Position numbers and translations under genes: made by a program. Below the pieces are notes generated by a model, which saw only the letters and a list, made by a program, of their open reading frames with translations, searched no databases and was not told the DNA's origin. This document shows positions 1 through 8,807 of a stretch of DNA of 64,000 nt, in pieces. Origin of the DNA: an uncultured Lewinella sp. GTDB taxonomy: Bacteria; Bacteroidota; Bacteroidia; Chitinophagales; Saprospiraceae. Numbering within the stretch: position 1 is the first letter of the stretch; each line of letters begins with the position of its first letter. The stretch is from assembly GCA_964558465.1 (NCBI GenBank), contig CAZLEF010000020.1:19723-83722 (forward strand). The letters are read 5' to 3'.

Positions 1-36
1 GGCGGTGGCTTCGTCTTCCACAATGATTACACGCAT
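1..36 (-). CDS. Response regulator, first 12 codons only (gene runs off the left edge)
   Basis: Reverse complement of 1-36 reads MRVIIVEDEATA, a canonical receiver-domain start. It lies 120 nt downstream of a LytS-type kinase on the same strand. Confidence 0.45.
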   Translation of the reverse strand, partial: MRVIIVEDEATA

Positions 37-155
37 TTGGATTATTTGGATTGCTCCGTCCGCCATAGAGCGACTTCGTCGTCCGGAGGCCGTAGCCGCG
101 CCTTAAAGCGTGGAACAGGACGGTTTGAGGTGGTTAAAAATCGAAAACAAGCGGA

Positions 156-1214
156 TCATCTGTTCAATTTCAATATCGGCAATCGCAGGGTGAAGGCGCC
201 GTTCTCATGCCCGACGCCGATGCCTTTTCCCAGTATTTTCAAGAACCTTTCGTCGAGGTTGATCAGGCCGTTCCGGGTCGATTCCCAGGCCGTTCTGCGC
301 GGAGATATCTTATTGGATATCACCAGCGATTCGCCTTCCTGCAAGATGGTCACCCTCAGTTGCCGGCCCGTCGACATTTCGTTGTGTTTGACGGCATTTT
401 CCACCGCCACCATCATGCTCACGGGCGGAATGAGGTAATTGGAACAGGCCGGCTCGTCCACCTCCAGGCTGAGGAGAAAAGCGTCTTCGTGCCGCAATTC
501 AATCAGGGAGACGTAGGATTTCATGAAGGCCACTTCGTCGCGCAACAGCACGAGGTCCTTATCCTTGCTTTTGAGGATATAGCGGTAGACTTCCGAAAGG
601 CGCTGGATGAATTGTTGGGCCTTTGCCGGATTGTGGTCGACGAGGTACGAAATACTGTTCAGGGTGTTGAACATGAAATGGGGGTCGATCTGGCTCTTGA
701 GGGCCTCAAGCTCGGCTTGTACCCTGGCCCGCTCCAGTTGCTCGATCTTCACATTCTCCTGTTCGATCTGTTGGGCGTACAACGCTTTTTCATAAATATT
801 GGTGACAAAGATGACGCATACCACGATCAGGATCACGGTGTTCAGGACCTGGAAACCGGCGACGGTGTCCGCCCCTGCAGCCCATCGCCATCCGAAGAGC
901 AGCAGCAGGGATACGGGGGCCGAATAAAAGATATTCAACCCGATCATGAGCAGGTACTTCTGGAACAGCGAATGGCTGCCGTAGATCACCGGGTAATACC
1001 TGAACAGCAGGAACCGGTTGCCCTGCCAGACGGCAAAGGCTACCCCCGTGAAAAAAACATAATGCAGGGCAATGGCCGAAAAAGAGGCGCCGGACAGATC
1101 AACCAAGCCGGTGGCACTGGGGATCACCAGCCCGAAAAACGGAATGCCGATCGCCCGTACAACCCAATCGTCGAGCGTCACTTTGATCCTGGTATTCCGG
1201 GTTTCGTCGGCCAT
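156..1214 (-). CDS. LytS/YehU-type sensor histidine kinase (multi-TM N-terminus plus His_kinase/HATPase)
   Basis: ORF 156..1319. The motif DPHFMFNTLNSISYLV is typical of LytS-family kinases, and the N-terminal half is hydrophobic. The likely true start is MADETRNT at 1214, because the upstream extension crosses a 16-bp hairpin. Confidence 0.8.
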   Translation of the reverse strand: MADETRNTRIKVTLDDWVVRAIGIPFFGLVIPSATGLVDLSGASFSAIALHYVFFTGVAFAVWQGNRFLLFRYYPVIYGSHSLFQKYLLMIGLNIFYSAPVSLLLLFGWRWAAGADTVAGFQVLNTVILIVVCVIFVTNIYEKALYAQQIEQENVKIEQLERARVQAELEALKSQIDPHFMFNTLNSISYLVDHNPAKAQQFIQRLSEVYRYILKSKDKDLVLLRDEVAFMKSYVSLIELRHEDAFLLSLEVDEPACSNYLIPPVSMMVAVENAVKHNEMSTGRQLRVTILQEGESLVISNKISPRRTAWESTRNGLINLDERFLKILGKGIGVGHENGAFTLRLPILKLNR

Positions 1215-1319
1215 TTTTCGGTTTCGGACTTGAAATTTTCCGTTTGGGTAAATCCGGGTCAAAAAAAAGATTGGGGCGCCTCCTTTTGCCCTATTTTTAG
1301 GTTTTATACTGCGCCGCAA

Positions 1320-1393
1320 TAGGTTTTGTGCATTTATGGGTTTGCGCCGCCTTTAGGGGTAGGGGCGAGCGCGGGCAAATGCACAAAACCTAT
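1320..1393. repeat. Perfect 16-bp inverted repeat with a 42-nt GC-rich loop in a divergent intergenic region
   Basis: TAGGTTTTGTGCATTT (1320-1335) pairs with AAATGCACAAAACCTA (1378-1393). It is followed at once by the 17-mer TATTGCAGTTGAGTATA, which recurs at 34777-34793. Confidence 0.6.
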
Positions 1394-1430
1394 TGCAGTT
1401 GAGTATATATAACCAAATTTACAACAAAAA

Positions 1431-1838
1431 ATGGAATCAGTAAACATCAATCACCTGGCGGTCGTTGTAGCGGCCATTTCCACCTTCGTACTCGGCGGAT
1501 TGTGGTTTTCGCCCATCCTCTTCGGCAAAGCCTGGATGGCGGAAAACAATTTTACGGACGAGGATCTGAAAAAAGGTAATATGGCCAGGATCTTTGGCCT
1601 CTCCCTCATCTGGGCGCTGATCATGGCCTACAACCTGGCATTTTTCCTGGGCGACCCCTCCATTGATGTCAAAATGGGCGCGCTCTACGGCTTCCTCACC
1701 GGTTTCGGCTGGGTGGCGATGGCTATTTTTACGATCGGCTTGTTCGAACGGAAATCCTGGCGGTATATGCTGATCAACGCGGGGTATATGATCGTTTCGT
1801 TTACGATCATGGGGGTTATTCTGGGGGCCTGGAAATGA
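1431..1838 (+). CDS. DUF1761-like small membrane protein
   Basis: 135-aa ORF with four hydrophobic helices. The N-terminus INHLAVVVAAISTFVLGGLWFSPILFGKAW resembles the DUF1761 family. Confidence 0.55.
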   Translation: MESVNINHLAVVVAAISTFVLGGLWFSPILFGKAWMAENNFTDEDLKKGNMARIFGLSLIWALIMAYNLAFFLGDPSIDVKMGALYGFLTGFGWVAMAIFTIGLFERKSWRYMLINAGYMIVSFTIMGVILGAWK

Positions 1839-1844
1839 GTGAAT

Positions 1845-1932
1845 AGTCGATAGTCGATAGTCGTAAGTCGTCAGCCGCACTTACGACTATCAACTTACGA
1901 CTATCAACTTACGACTTACGACTATCCATAAG
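1845..1932. terminator. Long imperfect palindrome built from CGATAGT/ACGACTA words between convergent genes
   Basis: AGTCGATAGTCGATAGTCGTAAGTCGT ... CTTACGACTATCAACTTACGACTATCAACTTACGACTTACGACTAT. It sits between the stop of 1431..1838 (+) and the stop of 1936..3282 (-). Confidence 0.5.
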
Positions 1933-1935
1933 ACC

Positions 1936-3282
1936 CTAAAAATCCCGGTATTTCGAGTCCAGAAATTGATTGGCCTCCGCTTCGGCGAACCTGGCGTTGG
2001 CGCTGTCCCAATGCAGCGTCTTTTTCGGAAAACGCCCGGCAATGACGCCCAGCAGGATGGTTTCCGTGAGCCTGGCCGCATACGAGAACGGTGCGGTGCA
2101 AGTCCCTTTGCCGAGGCAGGCATCCACAAACTGGTGGTAGTGTTTTTTCCCTTCCGTATCGTAATCCCGGACGGGAGGGCCCAGTTTTTCCGATTCACCG
2201 ACCTTTGCAATTTCAGCATCCATGTTTCGGTATTGGCCGCCCACGATCAACCTGGGCAGTTCCATGAAGTGCGGCAGGAGCAGTCTGCCTTTTTCACCGA
2301 TGAACATGGCCCCTTGGTCGGGTAATTTTTCATTGTTGGGCAGTTTCAGATCTTTGTGCATGGCCGGCGCTCCGGAACCGTCGTACCATACCCATTTGAA
2401 ACGTTTGGTGGTATAGGCCGTTCCGGGAAAGGTATAGGTGACGATATTGTGTTCGGGGAAGCCGAATCCCGTCGGTTTCCTGCATTCGTTTTTGATGGTT
2501 TTGGGAACGTCCAGTTCCAGGGCATTGTAGGGCGTATCAAAAATGTGTACGCCCATGTCGCCCAGGGTCCCACAGCCGTAATCCAGCAATTTCCTCCAGT
2601 TTCCCGGGTGGTAGATCCCTTCCTTGTAAGGCCTTTCTGCCGAGGTGCCGAGCCAGAGGTTCCAATCCAGATACGCGGGAACCGGATCCGATCCTTTTGG
2701 CTCCGGGCCGTCAAATCCCCAGTTTTTGGGCGACCATGCCCGTACGCATTTGACCTTGCCGATGATCCCGGAACGGATCAATAGGGTTGCTAATTTATAA
2801 TCATAAAAGGAATGGACCTGGATTCCCATTTGGGTGACCAGCTTTTTTTCATCCGCCAGCTTCCGCATCGCCCTGGCTTCCGTGACATGGTGGGTGAGCG
2901 GCTTCTGGCAGTATACGGGTTTGCCCATATTCATGGCCATCATGGAAGCGGGGGCATGCGTGTGATCAGGCGTGGATACAATCACCGCATCGATACTGCC
3001 GCCCATCTCCTGCAACATTTTCCGATAGTCCGCATAGGTTTTTGCGCCGGGATGAAGTTTTTTAGCCGCAGCCAGATTATTGGCGTCCACATCACACAGG
3101 GCGACCACCTCCACTGACGCATGGGACGAAATGGCTTTTAGGTCTTCAGCGCCCATTCCTCCGACGCCGATATGCGCGGTCCTTAACTGCGCATTTTTGG
3201 CAAAGGCCATAACGGAGGATGGCAAAAGGGCCACAGATGAGCCCAATAAGGCCGCTTTTTTCAGGAATTCTCTTTTGTTCAT
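1936..3282 (-). CDS. Gfo/Idh/MocA family oxidoreductase with TAT-type signal
   Basis: 448 aa. The N-terminus is MNKREFLKKAALLGSSVALLPSSVMAFA, followed by Rossmann motif HIGVGGMGAEDL and the typical Gfo/Idh/MocA core. Confidence 0.85.
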   Translation of the reverse strand: MNKREFLKKAALLGSSVALLPSSVMAFAKNAQLRTAHIGVGGMGAEDLKAISSHASVEVVALCDVDANNLAAAKKLHPGAKTYADYRKMLQEMGGSIDAVIVSTPDHTHAPASMMAMNMGKPVYCQKPLTHHVTEARAMRKLADEKKLVTQMGIQVHSFYDYKLATLLIRSGIIGKVKCVRAWSPKNWGFDGPEPKGSDPVPAYLDWNLWLGTSAERPYKEGIYHPGNWRKLLDYGCGTLGDMGVHIFDTPYNALELDVPKTIKNECRKPTGFGFPEHNIVTYTFPGTAYTTKRFKWVWYDGSGAPAMHKDLKLPNNEKLPDQGAMFIGEKGRLLLPHFMELPRLIVGGQYRNMDAEIAKVGESEKLGPPVRDYDTEGKKHYHQFVDACLGKGTCTAPFSYAARLTETILLGVIAGRFPKKTLHWDSANARFAEAEANQFLDSKYRDF

Positions 3283-3295
3283 ATTTGTTTTTTTA

Positions 3296-3350
3296 TTTTT
3301 GGATAATTATGCCAACTCCAAACTCCAAACTCCAAACTCCAAACCCCCAA
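3296..3350. repeat. Tandem heptamer CTCCAAA-type repeat
   Basis: CCAACTCCAAACTCCAAACTCCAAACTCCAAACCCCCAACTACACC lies between two minus-strand genes. Confidence 0.7.
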
Positions 3351-4799
3351 CTACACCAACACATCCCGGATCACCCGCCCGTGCACATCCGTCAGGCGGA
3401 TATCCCGGCCGCTGAAGCGGTAGGTCTGGATCTCGTGGTCGATGCCCAGCAAATGCAACATGGTGGCGTGAAGGTCGTGAACAGATGTTTTATTTTCTAC
3501 TACCCGGTAGCCATAATCATCCGTCCGGCCATATACCGTGCCGCCTTTGATGCCGGCGCCCGCCATCCAGATGCTGAAGGCGGAGGGATTATGGTCCCGG
3601 CCGTCGTTGCCTTGCGCAAATGGCGTCCGGCCAAATTCGCCGGCAAAAACCACCAGGGTTTGTTCCAGAAGGCCGCGCGCCTTGAGGTCTTTGAGCAAAG
3701 CTGCAATGGGTTGATCCACGGCATGCGCGTTGGCCTCATGCCCGGCTTTCAGGCCGCTGTGCTGATCCCACCGGTCGTGGCCGCTGATGGCCGGGCAGGT
3801 GAGTTCGATGAACCGCACCCCGCGCTCCACCAGCCGGCGCGCCAGCAGGCACTGGGCGGCATAACCGCGGGTGTATTGGTCGTCCGAATCAAAACCGTAC
3901 AGTTTTTTGATGGCCGGCGATTCGTCTGAAAGGTCGGAAAGCTCCGGCACGGAGGCCTGCATTTTGAAGGCCAGTTCGTAATTGGAAATGGTGGATTCGA
4001 TCTGGTCGGCGTGGCCGAGTTTGCCCAGCAGGTTCTGGTCCATTTGCTCCATGTACTGCAGTTTGGACTTTTGCAGCCCTTCCGTCGGCTCCAGCGGCAG
4101 CACGTTGGCCAGGGGGATATCCAGGGCTTTCAGGACGGAAGCCTGGTAGGTGGCCGGCAAAAAGCCATTCTTGAAATTGTCCAGCCCGCCGGGCGGTGTC
4201 AGGCCGCCGTCCAGGACCACGTAGGCGGGCAGGTTCTCGTTTTCGCTGCCCAGGCCGTAAGTCACCCAGGAGCCCATACTCGGCCTTCCCTGGATGCCGA
4301 TGCCCGTGTGCAGGAAATAGTTGGCGTTGGTATGTTCCGGAAAATTGGATACCATCGAGTTGATCATGGCGATATCGTCCACACAGGTGGCGATATGCGG
4401 GAAAAGTTCGCTCATCCACATGCCCGATTCTCCGTGCTGCCTGAATTGCCAGGGGCTTTTCAGGAGTTTGCCGATATTGTTGAACTGGGTGGCGTCCACC
4501 TTGAATTTGTCGTAAGGGCTCAGGCCGTTCTCTTGCTCCAGCCGGGGTTTGTAGTCAAAGGAGTCTACCTGCGAGATCCCGCCGTCCATATACAAAAATA
4601 TAATGCTCCGGGCCTTCGGGACAAAGTGCGGCAGTTTGCCCGCCGTTCCGGCCATCAGGCTTTCTTCCATCCGGTTCGCCGGCCTGCATCCCAACGGCAA
4701 ACCACCCATCAAACCCATGAGCGCAATAGAACCGAATCCGTTGCGGCAGAGCGCCAGCATTTCGCGACGGGTCATTCTGTGTTGGCAATTTTTATGCAT
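3351..4799 (-). CDS. DUF1501 domain protein (sulfatase-fold partner of PSCyt/DUF1553 proteins), TAT signal
   Basis: 482 aa. It has MTRREMLALCRNGFGSIALMGLM and a conserved DUF1501-like body, and lies directly downstream of the DUF1549/DUF1553 gene. Confidence 0.85.
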   Translation of the reverse strand: MHKNCQHRMTRREMLALCRNGFGSIALMGLMGGLPLGCRPANRMEESLMAGTAGKLPHFVPKARSIIFLYMDGGISQVDSFDYKPRLEQENGLSPYDKFKVDATQFNNIGKLLKSPWQFRQHGESGMWMSELFPHIATCVDDIAMINSMVSNFPEHTNANYFLHTGIGIQGRPSMGSWVTYGLGSENENLPAYVVLDGGLTPPGGLDNFKNGFLPATYQASVLKALDIPLANVLPLEPTEGLQKSKLQYMEQMDQNLLGKLGHADQIESTISNYELAFKMQASVPELSDLSDESPAIKKLYGFDSDDQYTRGYAAQCLLARRLVERGVRFIELTCPAISGHDRWDQHSGLKAGHEANAHAVDQPIAALLKDLKARGLLEQTLVVFAGEFGRTPFAQGNDGRDHNPSAFSIWMAGAGIKGGTVYGRTDDYGYRVVENKTSVHDLHATMLHLLGIDHEIQTYRFSGRDIRLTDVHGRVIRDVLV

Positions 4800-4810
4800 C
4801 TTTTTTATTG

Positions 4811-5012
4811 GTTCGATTGATTCGATTGATTCGATTGATTCGATTGATTCGATTGATGCGTCGCATCAACCACGCCTTCCGCGTGGCACGCACATCCTCC
4901 CATCCTCGCATCCTCACATCCTCACATCCTCACATCCTCACATCTTCGCATCCTCGCATCCTCGCATCCTCGCATCCTCGCATCCTCCCATCCTCCCATC
5001 CTCCCATCAACA
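4811..5012. repeat. Composite tandem-repeat spacer: (GATTCGATT)n, core TTCCGCGTGGCACGCA, then (CATCCTCR)n
   Basis: About 6 copies of TTCGATTGA-type octamers come first. The motif GCGTCGCATCAACCACGCCTTCCGCGTGGCACGCA follows, then about 14 octamers CATCCTCG/CATCCTCA/CATCCTCC. Confidence 0.85.
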
Positions 5013-5017
5013 AATGA

Positions 5018-8000
5018 TCAAATCAAATGAATAAACTCCTTCAAATTAAACACCGCATGGCAGTAATCCGCCCAAATCTGCGGGTCATTTTGCATGGCCT
5101 CCACCGAGCTGTTGTGTTCTTTTGCCAGGTTTTCCAGCAGGCTTTTTGCCGCCTGCTGCTCTTCGGGGGATGCCGGCCTTGAAAACGCCCGGATAAAGAT
5201 ATCGTCCACCCGTTCTGAAATGGGTTTATCGCCTTTTTGCAGCAGGTTTTCGGCCCAATACCAGGCTTGCTCATGCACAAATGGGTCGTTCATCAGGGTC
5301 AGCGACTGGCCGGGTACATTCGTGGTATTCCGGCGGCCGAAGGTGGAAAAAGGGATCGGCGTGTCGAATACCAGCATCATCGGCGGTATAAAATTCCGGC
5401 GGACGGCCAGGTAAATGCTCCGGCGGCCGAACCCATCCAATGGGCCGGATTCGGCGGGCCTTCCGCGCCCGGTCATAAAATCCGTCAGGTGGATGGGGAC
5501 AGGCTCCCCGTACATCGTCAGGTCGATGCAACCGGTCGTCGCCATGATGCCGTCGCGGATCGCCTCCGCTTCCAGCCGGCGGATGGGAAAATGATGCAAC
5601 CAGGTATTTTGCGGATCGGCAGACCGGTTGTCCGCCAGCGATTCGGTCGACCGTTGGAAGGTCCGGCTCAGCAACATGTGCCGGATCATGCCTTTGACCG
5701 ACCAACCGTCTTCCACAAACCGGAGGGCCAGGTAATCAAGCAGTTCCGGATGGCTGGGCAGTGTGCCTTGCAAACCAAAGTTGTCGACGGTTTCCACGAT
5801 GCCCCTGCCGAAGAGGTGGAGCCAGAGCCGGTTCACCATCACCCTGGCCGTCAGCGGGTTGGCGGGGTCGGCAACGGATTCCGCCCAGGCCAACCTGCCG
5901 CTGCCGTGTTGGGGCGTGGGGACAGCGCTCAAAAAGCCATGCGGAACGGTTGCCTCCGTGCGCTGGTCGATGCTCCCGCGGATGAATACCGGGCTGAAAA
6001 CGGTCTCCCCTTCCGTCGGGCCGAGAAAATGATCGGGGTCGTAAAGCTTGGCTGCAATGCTGTCGTATGCGGATAAAAGCGCCGGAAAAGCGGTCGGAAA
6101 ACTAACGGGTCTTGCCTTTTTAACCAGGCTGTTGAGTATTTCCACTTGCCCGGGCCGGGTCCGGTCTTGCATCCAGTCGGCAACCGCCTGGCGTTGGTCG
6201 GCAACGGAAAAAACGGGCTCTGGATTTCGCATCGGAAGAGCCATATCCGGCCGTTTCCCGTCAAAAGCGACCGCGTATTCCACTTCAACATAATCTTCCG
6301 GCCGGATTTTATACGTATGCCCCTCATATTTTCCGGGCATGAATTCCAGGTAGGCTTTATGCCCTTGCACCAGTGCGAGATCCAGGATATAGGTTTTCCA
6401 TTCCGGGGTATTGGCCACTTGTTCGAGGCTTCCGTACAGCGGGAAACGGATGACCTGGAAATTATCGACGATGATGCGGATCGTCCCGTTGAGGCCCCTG
6501 GCCCGGACGGCAATGGAATCGTGTTCGATGGTGAAATTGGGAGAACGCAGGGCGCCCATCACGCCGGCGCCGAGGTACCGGCTGGAGGCAAAACCACCGT
6601 TAAAACCCAGGAATTGGCGGGTTTTGGGGTCAAAAACGGGCGCTCCCATCAACGGTTTTTCGCCGAAGGCCAGGCCGTCGGAATACCAGCCTTTCCATTC
6701 TCCGCCCCGGAAATCGCCGATCACTTTGTGGTTTCCGGTAGCGGGGGTCTCCGGCAGGGACTGGATGAACCGTTTTTGCCGGCTGATGAATTCGGGCCCG
6801 GGCTTTTGGGTTGCGGCGAGCAGTTGCCGGCCCAGTTGAGACCGGATCTCGCCGGTTATTTCTTTTAATTTTTTGACCTGCACCAGTTGTTTGGGGTTCA
6901 TTTTGGCCGGTACCGGTCCGATCCGGGCGCTTTCAAACATGCCGTACATGGCATAATAATCGGTGGTGGGGATGGGGTCGAACTTGTGGTCGTGACACCG
7001 GGCGCAGCCGACGGTCAGGGCCTGGAAGGTTTTGGAGGTTACGTCGATCATATTGTCGAAGCGGTCGGCTTCCTCCTGTTTGACGTTGACCGGGCTGTGT
7101 TTGCCTTCTCCCAGGAAAAAATAAGCGGTGCCAAGGCTGGATTCGTTAAAACCTTCTTCCGGGTTGAGGCGCGGCTCGGGCAGCAAGTCGCCGGCCAGGT
7201 GTTCCTTCACAAAAAGATCGTACGGCACATCCTGGTTGAAGGCCCGGATCAGGTAATCCCGGTAATGCCAGGCGCCGCTGATGGGGAAATCAAATTCGTG
7301 CCCCATATATTCCCCGTATCTGACCAGGTCCATCCAATGCCGCGCCCAGCGTTCGCCGTATTGCGGGGATCCGAGGTAACGATCCACCATTTTTTCATAG
7401 GCTGTGGCCGATTCGTCGGCGAGGAAGGTCTGGAGGTCTTCCGGGGTGGGCGGCAGGCCGGTGAGCAGGTAAGCGACCCGGCGGATGAGGCTGTTTTTGC
7501 CGGCGGCCGGCGAAGGCGTCAACCGGTTGGCTTTCAGTTTTTGGCCGATCAGGTAATCGATGGCTTCCGAAGGCGGGGCTTCCTGCAAATCGCGCGGCAG
7601 ATCGGGCGCTTTCGGCGGGATCAACGCCCAATGCGGGGCCCATTTGGCGCCCTGCTGTATCCAGCGTTTCAGCAGCGCGACTTCACGGGCTGTCAGCGTC
7701 TTTTTGGCTTCGGGCGGCGGCATCCTGAACCCCGGGTCGGTGGAAGAGACCCGGTCGAGGAGCAGGCTCTTGTGGGCCTTGCCGGGAACGATGGCGGCCC
7801 CGCCGTTTTTCAGCAGCGCGGTGGCCCCTTCGTACGTGTCCAGGCGCAGGTTGGCTTTCCGGGAGCTTGTATCCGGCCCGTGGCAGACAAAACAGTTCTG
7901 GGCCAGAATGGGGCGGATATCGTAATTGAAGTCTACCTTGTCCGGCAGGTCCTCAACCGCCGGAGAACCCGGTAAAAAGCCGATGACAAAGGTCGCCGGC

Positions 8001-8053
8001 AGGAGTATCGCAAGGGCGATCAGCCATTGTTTCCTGGAAATTTTCCCTCCCAT
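5018..8053 (-). CDS. PSCyt1/DUF1549/DUF1553 (planctomycete-type cytochrome c domain) protein
   Basis: ORF 5018..8182. It has heme motif NCFVCHGPD near the N-terminus and long DUF1549/DUF1553-like regions. The probable start is MGGKISRKQW at 8053, because the upstream part overlaps a repeat. Confidence 0.85.
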   Translation of the reverse strand: MGGKISRKQWLIALAILLPATFVIGFLPGSPAVEDLPDKVDFNYDIRPILAQNCFVCHGPDTSSRKANLRLDTYEGATALLKNGGAAIVPGKAHKSLLLDRVSSTDPGFRMPPPEAKKTLTAREVALLKRWIQQGAKWAPHWALIPPKAPDLPRDLQEAPPSEAIDYLIGQKLKANRLTPSPAAGKNSLIRRVAYLLTGLPPTPEDLQTFLADESATAYEKMVDRYLGSPQYGERWARHWMDLVRYGEYMGHEFDFPISGAWHYRDYLIRAFNQDVPYDLFVKEHLAGDLLPEPRLNPEEGFNESSLGTAYFFLGEGKHSPVNVKQEEADRFDNMIDVTSKTFQALTVGCARCHDHKFDPIPTTDYYAMYGMFESARIGPVPAKMNPKQLVQVKKLKEITGEIRSQLGRQLLAATQKPGPEFISRQKRFIQSLPETPATGNHKVIGDFRGGEWKGWYSDGLAFGEKPLMGAPVFDPKTRQFLGFNGGFASSRYLGAGVMGALRSPNFTIEHDSIAVRARGLNGTIRIIVDNFQVIRFPLYGSLEQVANTPEWKTYILDLALVQGHKAYLEFMPGKYEGHTYKIRPEDYVEVEYAVAFDGKRPDMALPMRNPEPVFSVADQRQAVADWMQDRTRPGQVEILNSLVKKARPVSFPTAFPALLSAYDSIAAKLYDPDHFLGPTEGETVFSPVFIRGSIDQRTEATVPHGFLSAVPTPQHGSGRLAWAESVADPANPLTARVMVNRLWLHLFGRGIVETVDNFGLQGTLPSHPELLDYLALRFVEDGWSVKGMIRHMLLSRTFQRSTESLADNRSADPQNTWLHHFPIRRLEAEAIRDGIMATTGCIDLTMYGEPVPIHLTDFMTGRGRPAESGPLDGFGRRSIYLAVRRNFIPPMMLVFDTPIPFSTFGRRNTTNVPGQSLTLMNDPFVHEQAWYWAENLLQKGDKPISERVDDIFIRAFSRPASPEEQQAAKSLLENLAKEHNSSVEAMQNDPQIWADYCHAVFNLKEFIHLI

Positions 8054-8099
8054 AACTTTAAGATAAAGGACGTTATTACCAGTGGACGATGAATTGAGG

Positions 8100-8165
8100 A
8101 ACTGCCTGCCGCGCAGAAGGCGCGGAGGAAGCGCGTGCCGCGCAGAAGGCGCGGAGGAATCGATA
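8100..8165. repeat. Direct duplication of a 24-nt hairpin unit TGCCGCGCAGAAGGCGCGGAGGAA
   Basis: Copies lie at 8107-8130 and 8136-8159, each containing the CCGCGC/GCGCGG stem. A related unit is at 44755-44790. Confidence 0.8.
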
Positions 8166-8428
8166 TTCGACCTTGCAGTCATTCAATTCATTCAGCACTG
8201 GTACAAGAAATTGCTGCTAAAAGTACAAATCTTTTGGAAAAGCCGGAAGATTTCCAAGGGATTCGTCGAACCAGGGCGGAAAGGAGCGATTCAAAACGGA
8301 GAATGTTTTTGCGACCAACTATAACGCCTCGGAAAGTTCAGGCATCTGGGAGGGCACAAAGGAAAACACGGATTTTACAGACTAAATCCGTAAAATCCGT
8401 GGTTGAAAAATAATTTTACTGGTAAGCT

Positions 8429-8788
8429 TTAACCGACCTCAAACCCCAAAATAGGCACAACGGGCCGCAATTCCACTTTAAAACCGTAGGGAATGGTAGG
8501 CGTTGCGGAAGCGATCTTTTTTGCGTCCTCGTCATCCTCGGCCCGGATCTCGATATAACCCAGAATCAGTTCCTTGGTTTCGGCAAAGGGGCCGTCAATG
8601 ACCTTTCCCTTGCGGGACACGAAGGAAACACCCCGGGTATCGAGCCCGTAACAGCTTTTTACCTTCCCCTGTTCCATCAGACCCTTTACAAATTCTGAAA
8701 TCAGCGCGATACAATCTACCTTTGCGATTTCTTCCGGGAGGGCCTCGCTTTCGCCGTCGAGCATAAAAAACAGCATATAATCTTTCAT
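8429..8788 (-). CDS. YciI-family (YCII-related) protein
   Basis: 119 aa with DGPFAETKELILGYIEI, typical of the YCII domain. It lies in a cluster with a DinB-like gene and a sigma factor. Confidence 0.7.
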   Translation of the reverse strand: MKDYMLFFMLDGESEALPEEIAKVDCIALISEFVKGLMEQGKVKSCYGLDTRGVSFVSRKGKVIDGPFAETKELILGYIEIRAEDDEDAKKIASATPTIPYGFKVELRPVVPILGFEVG

Positions 8789-8807
8789 CTTTCAATTGGG
8801 TTTTTAA

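Noticed and set aside
207-1322. Many long ORFs antisense to, or overlapping, the called genes (e.g. 207..1322, 3219..3929, 4011..4820, 5237..6076, 6887..7975, 28480..29673, 31691..33193, 33673..34413, 47208..47945, 52797..53819, 57215..58039)
   Set aside because: They are shadow ORFs typical of GC-rich coding DNA. Their products are Arg/Gly/Pro/Ala-rich with no motifs, and the opposite-strand ORFs carry clear family signatures.
4811-5012. Possible CRISPR array, here and at the other tandem-repeat spacers (33.2, 38.3, 39.6, 46.6, 54.2 kb)
   Set aside because: The units are 7-9 nt words with no unique spacers of 25-40 nt between constant repeats. The only long duplication (39.6 kb) has two copies. 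No cas genes are present.
4603-5034. ORFs encoding repetitive peptides (IDSIDSIDS..., SSHPRILTSSHPHIL...)
   Set aside because: They are direct translations of the octamer tandem repeats in an intergenic spacer, with no start context or flanking non-repeat domain.
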